This document shows positions 8,740 to 18,030 of a DNA stretch of 64,000 bases, in pieces (within the stretch, counting starts at the first letter, position 1; every line of letters starts with the position of its first letter). Both the position numbers and the translations under genes were made by a program. Source of the stretch: a virus. The DNA is taken from IMG/VR virus record IMGVR_UViG_3300037483_001046. One strand, 5' to 3'. Under the pieces are notes generated by a model, which was given only the letters and a program-made list of their open reading frames with translations, was not told the DNA's origin and did no database searches.

Positions 8740-8961
8740 TGGCGTTGGTCCTTATAACCCTATCCTCCCGTTTTATTAGTTGGGAGTGGGCTGGCAAGAT
8801 GCACACATAATAGCATCATGCGCGAGCCCATAATGCCGTCGCTGGTTTTGCTATCATAATATTAGGGAAATCTTTCAAAGGTTTTGTTCCCTCATTACCT
8901 GAGTCAGATTTGTTATGATATCGAGGTTCAATTCCTCGGGGCGGCACCAAAAGGGACATAA

Positions 8962-9318
8962 ATGAAGTATATTATTTTGAGAGCAAGAGTATATGATGGG
9001 CATTACAAAAAGCCCGAATCTCTTTTTAATAGAATCCTGTACTTTTTTGACAAAAGTTTCTTTTGGGTGGATTCCCCTTACAATATCTATAAAATCATTT
9101 CTGTTCCGTCCAGAGAATTGGATAATATCATTCAAAAGGCAGACAGAATTGATGGACATATGATTTATCGAAGAAATTGGGTTCCCAAATATTCTTCCTG
9201 GATTATTGATTTGATGGATAGATTCCAGGAAAAATACGCCACAGAATTGCTCAAAAATGGATGGGAAAAAAAGATTTCTTTCCCAAAAGCTTTGCCTCCA
9301 TATAGGAATGTAGCATGA
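8962..9318 (+). CDS. hypothetical protein
   Basis: 118 aa ORF, AAAGGGA RBS, ATGA overlap with next gene. Confidence 0.6.
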   Translation: MKYIILRARVYDGHYKKPESLFNRILYFFDKSFFWVDSPYNIYKIISVPSRELDNIIQKADRIDGHMIYRRNWVPKYSSWIIDLMDRFQEKYATELLKNGWEKKISFPKALPPYRNVA

Positions 9319-10007
9319 AGCACACCACTATTATTATTCCAATTTTGTTTATTGGTTGTTCTATCGGTTGTTCTAATGCAACAAATGCAACAACTGCTCC
9401 ACAATCGTTATCGGATCGGCAAGCTTATTTAGCACAAAAAATGGGAGAAATTCCTTCTGAGGACAAGGAGATTCAAAAAACCGAAGAAAATTCAGGCGAA
9501 GAAAATGAATTTGATCAAATTATGTCCGAGGAAGAAACTTCTCGGAATTGGGGGAATCTACAAAAGCGACAATATAAGTCACCCACGAACGATTTGTCCA
9601 ATGAAGTAGCGCAAGCGCAATTTGGCAATAGAAATAGTTTTGATTATCAAACTTGGAGATCTGAAAAAATAGATTTGGAAAACCTCACCATTGGTATGGG
9701 GGTTGGGTTTGGAGCATTTATTGTTGCTGATGCTATTACAACTGGTTTTTATATCAGTACAGTTAATAATTGCTTAGGACAACCTTCAGCTTCAATGGGT
9801 TACTTGTCTGGCGGATCTTCATATTCTGCCCAATGTGATGCTCGCAAAATTTTACGCACTAGTGTCGCCATGAGTTGGTCTTATGGAAGCACCGCTGTTT
9901 TCTTGGCTGGACTTATTGGGGCAGGAATCGCAAAAACGATTCACAAATATATGGATCCCAGAATTTCAAATAAAATTAATGTAACATATTCTGGTTTTGA
10001 ATTTTGA
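9315..10007 (+). CDS. putative lipoprotein / membrane protein
   Basis: N-terminal hydrophobic stretch ending in GC (lipobox-like), two further hydrophobic segments. Confidence 0.6.
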   Translation: MKHTTIIIPILFIGCSIGCSNATNATTAPQSLSDRQAYLAQKMGEIPSEDKEIQKTEENSGEENEFDQIMSEEETSRNWGNLQKRQYKSPTNDLSNEVAQAQFGNRNSFDYQTWRSEKIDLENLTIGMGVGFGAFIVADAITTGFYISTVNNCLGQPSASMGYLSGGSSYSAQCDARKILRTSVAMSWSYGSTAVFLAGLIGAGIAKTIHKYMDPRISNKINVTYSGFEF

Positions 10008-10128
10008 GTCAGGCGCCCATCGCCCGAAACGCCCGGAGCACGTGGCATGCCACGCCAAATTTAAATCACATTGAGGGGGTTGCGTTTCAATCCACAGTGC
10101 TTAAGATGGGAGAGGAAAGGAATCCTCT

Positions 10129-10851
10129 ATGAACGCTTTGCAGCCCGCAACCGGAAATCAGATTTATAACATGCTCGAAATCGAGCCTCCCAAGGATTTG
10201 GATAGCGATAGCTTGAAAATGTGGAAGGCTTTGCATGAATGTTTCGATTACTTTAACGAGCATCTTTTCGATAATCGTTTGGATCGAAACGCCATCATTC
10301 TTTCGTGCGAGCGTTCTCGTATTTTGGGTCACTTTTGGCCTGGCACGTGGACCGACGAAAATGGTTTGGAGCAAAAGAGCGAAATCGCACTCAATCCTGA
10401 ATACATGGATGGTCGTTCTTTTGAAGAAATCATGAGCACTTTCGTCCACGAAATGTGTCACTTTGAGCAGTTTGCCTTTGGCGAGCCTGGTAAGCGAGGC
10501 TACCATAATCGGGAATGGGCAGATATGATGTTGAAGGTTGGATTACAGCCGTTCAATGTCAAGGAACCCAAAAAGGAAACGGGAATGCGGTGCTCCCACA
10601 AAATCGTGGAAGACGGTAAGTTTTCCAAGATGGTCGCCAAGATTCCCGAGGCTATGCGCTTGCCTTTCTTGGGCGTCCGTATGGTGCGAGCCAAGGCCAC
10701 TGGGGGCTACTTCCGTTGGCACTGTCCTGAATGCCAGCAATTGGCACGAGCCAAAGCGAACGCCAGTCTGGTGTGTGGAGAGTGTTCCGACGAAATCTCT
10801 CTCGTTAGGTTTGCTTGCTTTGAGCTTGGGATCGTCGGCGGTCCCGAATAA
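10129..10851 (+). CDS. SprT-like zinc metalloprotease with C-terminal zinc ribbon
   Basis: HEMCH zincin motif, EIALNP, KRGYHNREW, C-terminal CPEC...CGEC. Confidence 0.8.
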   Translation: MNALQPATGNQIYNMLEIEPPKDLDSDSLKMWKALHECFDYFNEHLFDNRLDRNAIILSCERSRILGHFWPGTWTDENGLEQKSEIALNPEYMDGRSFEEIMSTFVHEMCHFEQFAFGEPGKRGYHNREWADMMLKVGLQPFNVKEPKKETGMRCSHKIVEDGKFSKMVAKIPEAMRLPFLGVRMVRAKATGGYFRWHCPECQQLARAKANASLVCGECSDEISLVRFACFELGIVGGPE

Positions 10852-10855
10852 TAAT

Positions 10856-10897
10856 GAGCCCGGCATAATGCCGGGCTTTATTTTTTAATTGAAAGGA
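10856..10897 (+). repeat. hairpin + RBS cassette repeat (variant)
   Basis: GAGCCCGGC-ATAAT-GCCGGGCTT-TATTTTTTAATTGAAAGGA before ATG 10903. Confidence 0.75.
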
Positions 10898-11322
10898 AAT
10901 AAATGACGATTTCATTGCGTTTGCAATTCAAGAAAGTAATGATAGCCATTAATAAAGAATATGAATCTCTTTACGAAAGGAAGAAGTCATGAGCAAAACT
11001 GAAAAAGAAATTGAAAAAGAAATTGAAAAAATCTTTCGTGAAGAAGGGTTTTTGAAAGAAGCTGCCGGAATCTCGGTTCAAAATGGATTTGGCCAATGGA
11101 GCGAAGATCATCCCGATCGAGTAAAAAATGCTCAAAATGGTCATTTCGCCATCATTGAAGCTGCGCGTCGAATGTTCCGAAAAGGTTATATGCGCGGCTC
11201 TGAGGAACATAAGCAAAAATTGAACAATAAGTGAAAACAAAGGGCGCATATGCGCCCTTTTTGCTTTTAAAGCGCATACTCTGCAATAATATTTATGATG
11301 CCGTAATAATGTTCGATTGCGG

Positions 11323-11350
11323 TTGACATGCTCTGTGGAATGATTATCCT
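11323..11350 (+). promoter_or_regulatory. sigma70-type promoter
   Basis: TTGACA-N16-TATCCT. Confidence 0.65.
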
Positions 11351-11390
11351 AGGGAAGGAGCCCAGACAGGGCAAACAAGAAAGGAATAGC

Positions 11391-12755
11391 ATGCCGACGT
11401 ATAGAACGAACGTAGCGCGCCAGTATGGAACCACGGCAGGGTTTAATACCAAGTGGTCTGGCATCCGAGAGATCCTACAAAACGCCCTAGACGGCAATGA
11501 CATTGGCTATCGCATGCGAATCGAGCATGGGAAGGCTCGGGATCGTTCGGGAGAATGGGCGCTCAAGGTTGTGAATGAAGGAGTCACTTTGAATACTGAC
11601 GCCTTGGTTCTTGGGTTTTCCACAAAAACTGGACGTTCCGATCAACGTGGGGAACATGGCGAGGGCTTGATTGTTGGAATGAATGCGCTTTTGAATCTCG
11701 GTTGCGAGGTTTGGATTCGCACTGGCGATGAAGTTTGGGCACCTAAGTACGAAATCTCCGATTCTGGGCTTGAAACGCTCATTGTGGATATTCGTAAGCA
11801 GCCCAAGCTTTCTGGTGATTTCATTGTCGAAATCAAAGGCGTTTCTCCCGAGGAATGGGAGGATTACAAAGATAGGATGCTCTTTTTTGGAGACAAGGAA
11901 GATAAGCGCGTCGAAATCCCATATTACGGAACCGTTTTGATGGATCCTAAATATCAAAATCAGCTTTTCGTTAAGGGAATTCACGTTTGCAAGCTCCCAG
12001 ACAATTATTATTGGGGCTATGATCTTAATATCGATCTCAATCGTGATCGAGAGGTTGCCTCACCTTGGACCTTGCGGTGGAAGATCCGAGATCTTCTCAT
12101 TAGTGCATTCGACAAGGATTTGGTAAGCCTTGAAGATGTTTGGCCTATCCTTGAAAATGACGATTATGGCGAAAGCTACGCCATTCGTGAGGATGAATTC
12201 CGAACGGCTGCTAAGATGCATGAGCAGTTTGTGGAAGTATTCACCGAAATGCATGGAGATAAAGCAATTCCCGTTACGAATATTGGTGAGAGCCAGCGGG
12301 TTGAGCATTTTGGAAAGAAGGGCGTGATTGTTTCCAAGGCAATTGCGAACATTCTTGAGACTTCGCTCGGCAAGCTGGAGGATAGGCTCCAAGAGCAAAG
12401 TCTCGGAACACAAAAGAAATATCAATATTCTGAGCTTTTCTATGCTGAACACCAAATTCTTCATAGAATTTGTGATCTTGTTTCCGAGATTGAACCATGG
12501 TTTTCCATTGATCTTGTCAATGTGGTGGATTTCTTTGGAGAGGATGTAAATGGGACCTTTTGTAATCGGGAGGATGGTTGTGAGATCAATCTTGCCAAGC
12601 GTATCATGAAAGACCCTCAGCAAGCCCTTGAAACGCTTGTTCATGAAGTGGCCCACAAGTACGGCAAGGATGCCGAAAACGCTCACGACGCCGCAGAGAA
12701 GCGCATTTTGGCATCTATCATCGTTAGTCGCCTATTCCCTGATTCTTATGAATAA
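11391..12755 (+). CDS. GHKL-type ATPase fused to C-terminal HEXXH zincin-like domain
   Basis: REILQNALD (N box), LVLGFSTK, RGEHGEGL (G boxes); LVHEVAH near C-terminus; GAAAGGA RBS. Confidence 0.7.
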   Translation: MPTYRTNVARQYGTTAGFNTKWSGIREILQNALDGNDIGYRMRIEHGKARDRSGEWALKVVNEGVTLNTDALVLGFSTKTGRSDQRGEHGEGLIVGMNALLNLGCEVWIRTGDEVWAPKYEISDSGLETLIVDIRKQPKLSGDFIVEIKGVSPEEWEDYKDRMLFFGDKEDKRVEIPYYGTVLMDPKYQNQLFVKGIHVCKLPDNYYWGYDLNIDLNRDREVASPWTLRWKIRDLLISAFDKDLVSLEDVWPILENDDYGESYAIREDEFRTAAKMHEQFVEVFTEMHGDKAIPVTNIGESQRVEHFGKKGVIVSKAIANILETSLGKLEDRLQEQSLGTQKKYQYSELFYAEHQILHRICDLVSEIEPWFSIDLVNVVDFFGEDVNGTFCNREDGCEINLAKRIMKDPQQALETLVHEVAHKYGKDAENAHDAAEKRILASIIVSRLFPDSYE

Positions 12756-13001
12756 AAATCATTAGCATGGCATAGGCTGCCCCACGCCCCGGCTATTCAA
12801 TTAGCGGGGCTTTCGGGGTGAAAGGTGGGGTGAAAGGTACAATCTTTTATCCAATCTTGCTAAAGCGAGACCCTGATATGTTTCTTTTAGAGGCCAAAGA
12901 AATGGCAGAAAAAAGGAAGAGTTTCATCAACGAGAAAAAGAAGAGAAAAATAATACTAATGACTGGTTAGAGTCAGGATTGATTCAATCGAAGGAAATAA
13001 A

Positions 13002-13865
13002 ATGAGACGAGGAAATGGAAACGGATTTTTGAGAAATGGCCAGGGTAAGTTTGTTGGAATTGATTTGGGTTCCGACCATTGCTCGGAGCACGAATGGGGA
13101 ATTAAGAAAGTAAAAGAAGCTTTTGGGATTAAGGAAAATGAGGATTTGATGGGCATTGAGCGCCGTCGAATTCAAACCATTCCTGAAAACTTTTCTCTCG
13201 TCCTTTTTGGCGAGCACTGGACGCTTGTATTTAAAACGCATTATGACAAGGTTGATTTTGATTCCTGGGACGATGGCCAATTGATGCATTTTGATGGGCA
13301 AGAATTGTCAACGGCTTGGAGCGATCATGATTTTGCCGTGCGCGTTTATTCTTGCGCCCAAAATGCCAAAAAGAATCAGAAAAACTTGGAAACTCTTTTT
13401 GAGGCAATGGTGGAAGGAAAGGCGGCCATTTGGTTGGGTGGCGGCGGAGTTTTCCAAAATGCAGGACTTGTGATTGCAATCATTGATCGATGTCCCAAGG
13501 ATAAGCTTAAGGATATGGAGGATGCCGATATTGCATATAAGGAAAAATTGTACGCAGCCCAGGAGATTGAAGAGAAGATCAATCTAACGGAAAGACTGAA
13601 AGCTGCTGGACGAAAATGGATTGCTCTTTCTCCAAAAATTCATGTCACAGCCGAAGGCTATAACGCCTGGAGAAAGCATACCGTTTTTGATATCGTGTAT
13701 TGGCTCAATCCAATGGATCAACGAAATAATCATTATGGTCATGTAACCGTCGAGGACTTGCTGGCATGGGAGAAGAATGAGGGGCCAATCACTCATAATA
13801 CGGGACATAAGACGTTTGCTGGCGGGGTCGAATGGCATGTTCAAAAGGGAGTTTATGGAAAATGA
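13002..13865 (+). CDS. hypothetical protein
   Basis: 287 aa ORF with GAAGGA RBS. Confidence 0.75.
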   Translation: MRRGNGNGFLRNGQGKFVGIDLGSDHCSEHEWGIKKVKEAFGIKENEDLMGIERRRIQTIPENFSLVLFGEHWTLVFKTHYDKVDFDSWDDGQLMHFDGQELSTAWSDHDFAVRVYSCAQNAKKNQKNLETLFEAMVEGKAAIWLGGGGVFQNAGLVIAIIDRCPKDKLKDMEDADIAYKEKLYAAQEIEEKINLTERLKAAGRKWIALSPKIHVTAEGYNAWRKHTVFDIVYWLNPMDQRNNHYGHVTVEDLLAWEKNEGPITHNTGHKTFAGGVEWHVQKGVYGK

Positions 13866-14192
13866 CCAAAGAAGAAATGAGAAAGATTGCTGAGGATGCT
13901 TGGCTTGCCATTGATGGGATTGGCAATTCCATGGAAAAGCGCGAAAAGAATATCAAAAGATTCTAGAAGAAGAGAAAGAAACAGAAACCCCTGAATATCG
14001 CCTAAATTACACTGGCATCAACAACGAACGTTTGTCCGCTAGTTACGGAGAAGACAAAGAAAAAGCTATTGATGCTGCGGAAAAGCATGTTTTGGCTCAA
14101 TTGTGCGCAACCAAAAGAACAGCTGAAGCAATTGTGATTGAACATAAATCTGGCGAAGTTGTTAAGAGGGTTAAAAAATCCATCGTTGACCA

Positions 14193-14306
14193 TTGACACC
14201 ATACTTGAATTGTGGTATGAGACCTCTAGAGGGTCCGTCTTACCTTTGGAAGCTGGCGGGTCTTCAAGATCATGATGGCCGGGGGAATGGTCCCCCGGCC
14301 TTTTTT
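14193..14306 (+). ncRNA. candidate small RNA (promoter, about 80 nt, terminator)
   Basis: TTGACA-N17-TATGAG, then an ORF-less stretch ending in GGCCGGGGGA-ATGG-TCCCCCGGCC-T6. Confidence 0.4.
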
Positions 14307-14604
14307 ATGGAGCGAATATGGAAAATATAGATATTGAATTTTATGAGTGCGAGCATCCCAGGATTTGGAATATTACCTCAAAGATATTCGTGATTCTGGT
14401 GGACGCATTGTCTCAAGCAAAGTTAACATAAATAGTGAAATAGGATTTGTTACCATTGAGGTTGCAAATAGAAAAGATTTTCTAACAAAATTTGCAAAAA
14501 CAGATTCGTTAGAATTTTCAAATTTCCCTTGACATATCTCTATGAAGATGAACATTTCAAGATAAAGAATATTATGTTCTTGAAAAATTGCCCAACGATT
14601 GGGG

Positions 14605-14633
14605 TTGACAAGCGCCCCTTAAAGCCTTACATT
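14605..14633 (+). promoter_or_regulatory. sigma70-type promoter
   Basis: TTGACA-N17-TACATT. Confidence 0.7.
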
Positions 14634-14718
14634 GAAGGTGGCTAGGAACGGGACCACGCCAAATTTCCCAATGGTGGGAAAGCGGCCACGAACCCGACAA
14701 CGCCAGAAAAAACAAAAA

Positions 14719-15438
14719 ATGGCAACTGCTACCAAGAAGAAGCCCGCCAAGGCTAAGGCCAAGGGTAAGGTAAAGAAGAGCGTTTTCGACATTGGCACCG
14801 CTGCGAAGAAAAGCGAGGCCAAGAGCAAGAAGTCGGAATTGCCTGTTTCGTCTTTGCCGGACACGGATAATGATGGAGATTATTCATTGGCAGAGAAGCT
14901 GGATATGCTGGCCGCTGCCAAGAGTGTTGCTGACGCCGCTATGCGCAAGGTGGGCGAGTTTGAGGCGGAGATCAAGAAGTATCTCCTACGGGACTATGCT
15001 GTCCGATTTGCGAAGGAGGGAACGCGTCCTGATTCGCGCAAGTGGAAGGGTCTACGAAGCGTCACAACCTATGTGATGAATTCGCAAATGACATTCTCCC
15101 ATGAAAAGATGGAGGCGGTTTCTGACGAATTGGGAATCGATTTGACTCCGCACCTTGAGTTCGATGGATTCAAGGTTGATTTCTCGGCTTTGTCGGAAAA
15201 TGAGAAGTGGATGGAGGCTTTTGAGGAATTCGCCAGCAAGGTTGGCGATGGAGTTGTTACGCAAAAGCTCAAGTTCAAGAAGGGATTTTTCGACAAGCTC
15301 GTGGAAGTTTGCGGAGAAGACGCGGAGCGAATTCTTCGATTCATGGAGATTGTGCCGCCGCGACCGAATCTGAAGAGTGTTCGCCATTCGGACAAAGAAG
15401 AGACTTTGTTTGATTTGGTGAAGGATCTCGACGGCTAG
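14719..15438 (+). CDS. hypothetical protein with Lys/Ala-rich N-terminal tail
   Basis: ATG 14719 after structured leader; terminator AAAACCGCGACCC...GGGTCGCGGTTTT follows. Confidence 0.75.
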   Translation: MATATKKKPAKAKAKGKVKKSVFDIGTAAKKSEAKSKKSELPVSSLPDTDNDGDYSLAEKLDMLAAAKSVADAAMRKVGEFEAEIKKYLLRDYAVRFAKEGTRPDSRKWKGLRSVTTYVMNSQMTFSHEKMEAVSDELGIDLTPHLEFDGFKVDFSALSENEKWMEAFEEFASKVGDGVVTQKLKFKKGFFDKLVEVCGEDAERILRFMEIVPPRPNLKSVRHSDKEETLFDLVKDLDG

Positions 15439-15524
15439 AAATAAAGAAAACCGCGACCCTTGAATTGGGGTCGCGGTTTTTTCGTGCCACGACAAAGAAG
15501 TAAAATAGGGTTTTACTTTCGTGC

Positions 15525-15938
15525 ATGCAAACCTTTTTACCATATCCGGATATCAAACAATCCGTTGAATGCCTGGACAACAAACGTCTGGGCAAACAGC
15601 GTGTTGAGGCTTTTCAAATTTTCAAAGCTTTGACCATTTCAGACTATGGATGGAAAAATCATCCAGCAACGTTGATGTGGAAAGGTTATGAGCCCGCGCT
15701 TTTATATTATGTGGATTGTTGCATTATTGAATGGATTAGGCGTGGTTTCAATAACACAATGAAACGCTCGTCACAAAAAGCGATTGTCTATCCAAAATGG
15801 TTTGGAGACAATCGCTTTCATTCTTCGCATCGTTCAAATCTTTTGAGAAAAGATAAAGAATATTATTCCCGATTCAATTGGAAAGAAAGTCCTAATATGG
15901 ATTATTTTTGGCCAACAAAAGAAGGTTATTTATGTTAA
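15525..15938 (+). CDS. pyrimidine-dimer DNA glycosylase-like protein (DenV/MSMEG_6728 family)
   Basis: MQTFLPY...LDNKRLGKQRVEAFQI...GWKNHPATLMWKGYE...EWIRRG...HRSNLLRKD. Confidence 0.85.
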   Translation: MQTFLPYPDIKQSVECLDNKRLGKQRVEAFQIFKALTISDYGWKNHPATLMWKGYEPALLYYVDCCIIEWIRRGFNNTMKRSSQKAIVYPKWFGDNRFHSSHRSNLLRKDKEYYSRFNWKESPNMDYFWPTKEGYLC

Positions 15939-16396
15939 TCAAACGTTCTGTCTCCGTCCTTATTTTGCGTGAAGATCTCAAGGTTCTTGGCGTGTCTCGC
16001 AAAGATGATTTGCTTGCCTTTGGATTGCCTGGAGGGAAGGTGGATCCACAAGACAAGAATCTTTGTCATGCCGCGAATCGTGAGCTTAGAGAAGAAACGG
16101 GTGTTAAAGTATGGGATGCTAATTCCAAGAATATGCCATTAGTATATTCTGGCTATTGTCCTGGTGGATCGGATGGCATTGCGTATTTAAATCACACGTT
16201 CATACCGTTGCGTCCGGATTTTACAGAAATGGCCCAACAAAAGGGAGAAGGACGAGTTGCATGGATTCCAATTGCATTTTTGCTTGCAGGACCATTCAAA
16301 CAATATAATGGTGAGCTAATGAGGAAAATTGGAATTTTGAGCGAACTTATTGATTGGGATTTTCCTTTGGATATTAAAATGATTGATGACGTATAA
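15932..16396 (+). CDS. Nudix hydrolase
   Basis: Nudix box GLPGGKVDP...AANRELREETG. Confidence 0.85.
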   Translation: MLIKRSVSVLILREDLKVLGVSRKDDLLAFGLPGGKVDPQDKNLCHAANRELREETGVKVWDANSKNMPLVYSGYCPGGSDGIAYLNHTFIPLRPDFTEMAQQKGEGRVAWIPIAFLLAGPFKQYNGELMRKIGILSELIDWDFPLDIKMIDDV

Positions 16397-16703
16397 TGAA
16401 TTTGCCTTCAGGTTGGTGTTGGAAATGGAAACAAGGCCCTATCATTCGTGCTGAGCATCTTTGGCGGCTGTGATGTTTATGCAGAGTGGACCGGAGAATA
16501 CCTATACGCTCACGGGGCACCCCATGAAGTCAAATATTCCACCCGATCTCCCGAATTGCTTTGCGACTTTTGCTATTCTAATATTGAAATCTAATTATGT
16601 CTTGAGATGGAGAAGCAAGAAATTGAATCAATACTGAATTCATGGCTTAGTCATGAAACATCGTCTGAATTTCATATAAAAGTCCTATATGGAAAAGATC
16701 TAA

Positions 16704-17337
16704 TTAAAGGCTTATGGGTTGCAAAGCGATCATAATGTTTTAGACATTGGATGTGGCTGCGGTAAACTTGCTCTTCATTTGATATCGGAATTAAAAGATG
16801 GTTCATTTGAGGGCTTAGACATCTATTGATTTTTGCAAAGAACATATAAAAGCGAAAAACTTCAATTTCATATGTCTGGATAATAAAAATGATTATTATC
16901 GTCCAGAATTAAAAATAGAAAATGATACCTCCTTTCCCTATAAGAGTAATCATTTTGATTTTGTGACATTACATTCTGTTTTCACTCATATGCATTTCAG
17001 TGAAATTGAATCATATTTGCAGGAAATAAAAAGAATATTAAAGCCTGGCGGAAGATGTATTGCAACATATTTCATTTATGAAAATGAACGCAATTATCCG
17101 CAAAACTTCCCTCATGCTTTTATGTTACATGGGATCAAATATCATGTCATAAATAAAAAGAAAAAGCTTGAAGCAATCGCTTTTCACAAAAATGACATAA
17201 TGTCTTTGTATGAAAAAGTTGGACTAAAAATTGAAGACACTTATTCTGGCAAAGAAGATAAAAAAGGTGTCAAAAATTTAGGAAGACTAACTCATATACA
17301 AGATTGCTTTGTCGCAATGAGGGAGTGTTACGGTTGA
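16704..17337 (+). pseudogene. class I SAM-dependent methyltransferase, frameshifted and 5'-truncated
   Basis: LKAYGL...NVLDIGCGCGKLA in one frame stops at about 16829; IDFCKEH...FDFVTLHSVFTHM...ILKPGGRC continues in another frame; no start codon. Confidence 0.7.
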
Positions 17338-17950
17338 GGACTTAATTCAGTGGATTGATGGAAAGGGACCGATTATTGACGACCCTCATGGTGGCTCGCA
17401 TGCTCAAAAGGGTAGGTAAGTAGTGAACCAAAAGATCAAAAAGGTAATGAACCAAAAGATACGAAATCAAATTAATCAAGTGCATATGGATTTGTATATG
17501 CGAATTGCAAATGTTGTTGATTATTTGATGTATCAAAAGGATGAAGATTTTATTGAAGAGACGTTAGAATCGAAGATGGAGCAAATGGAAAAGTCTTTTC
17601 AAGATTTGAAAAACACTATTAAATTAAGAGATTTTGCCGCTAAACAATAGCATCTTTGTTGCAATGACGCCTGCGATGAAAAAGCGCATTCTGAAAAATT
17701 CCTCCGCCATTTTTATGGCGATGCGCGGGAACCAGTCCATAACCAAAGTCGTGAGAATGTGCGCCTAAATCCAGCTTCCGGATAATTTCATCTAATTTCA
17801 TAATCCACCTTCATGTTATCATAAACTCGCGCATTTCCAGGATCGGCCTTTTTGTTTTTCAGCATGTCGTAAGGGTTTTTACAAAAATATCCCGACGAAT
17901 CCGGGTACATAAAGGCCACTGAGTTGCCTCCGGGAAGTCTCCCGGGGGGC

Positions 17951-17978
17951 TTGACTTCATTCTAATCATGCTTACATT
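17951..17978 (+). promoter_or_regulatory. sigma70-type promoter
   Basis: TTGACT-N16-TACATT. Confidence 0.6.
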
Positions 17979-18030
17979 GGGAGGGTAAGCGGGGCCATCG
18001 CGCCCTTTCCTTCATCGAAAGGTCCAAAGA

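Noticed and set aside
11328-11390. Upstream starts in the ORF track for 11328, 14632, 33373, 45571, 51540 and 56271
   Set aside because: They overlap promoter or leader sequence or lack an RBS; downstream ATGs were preferred.
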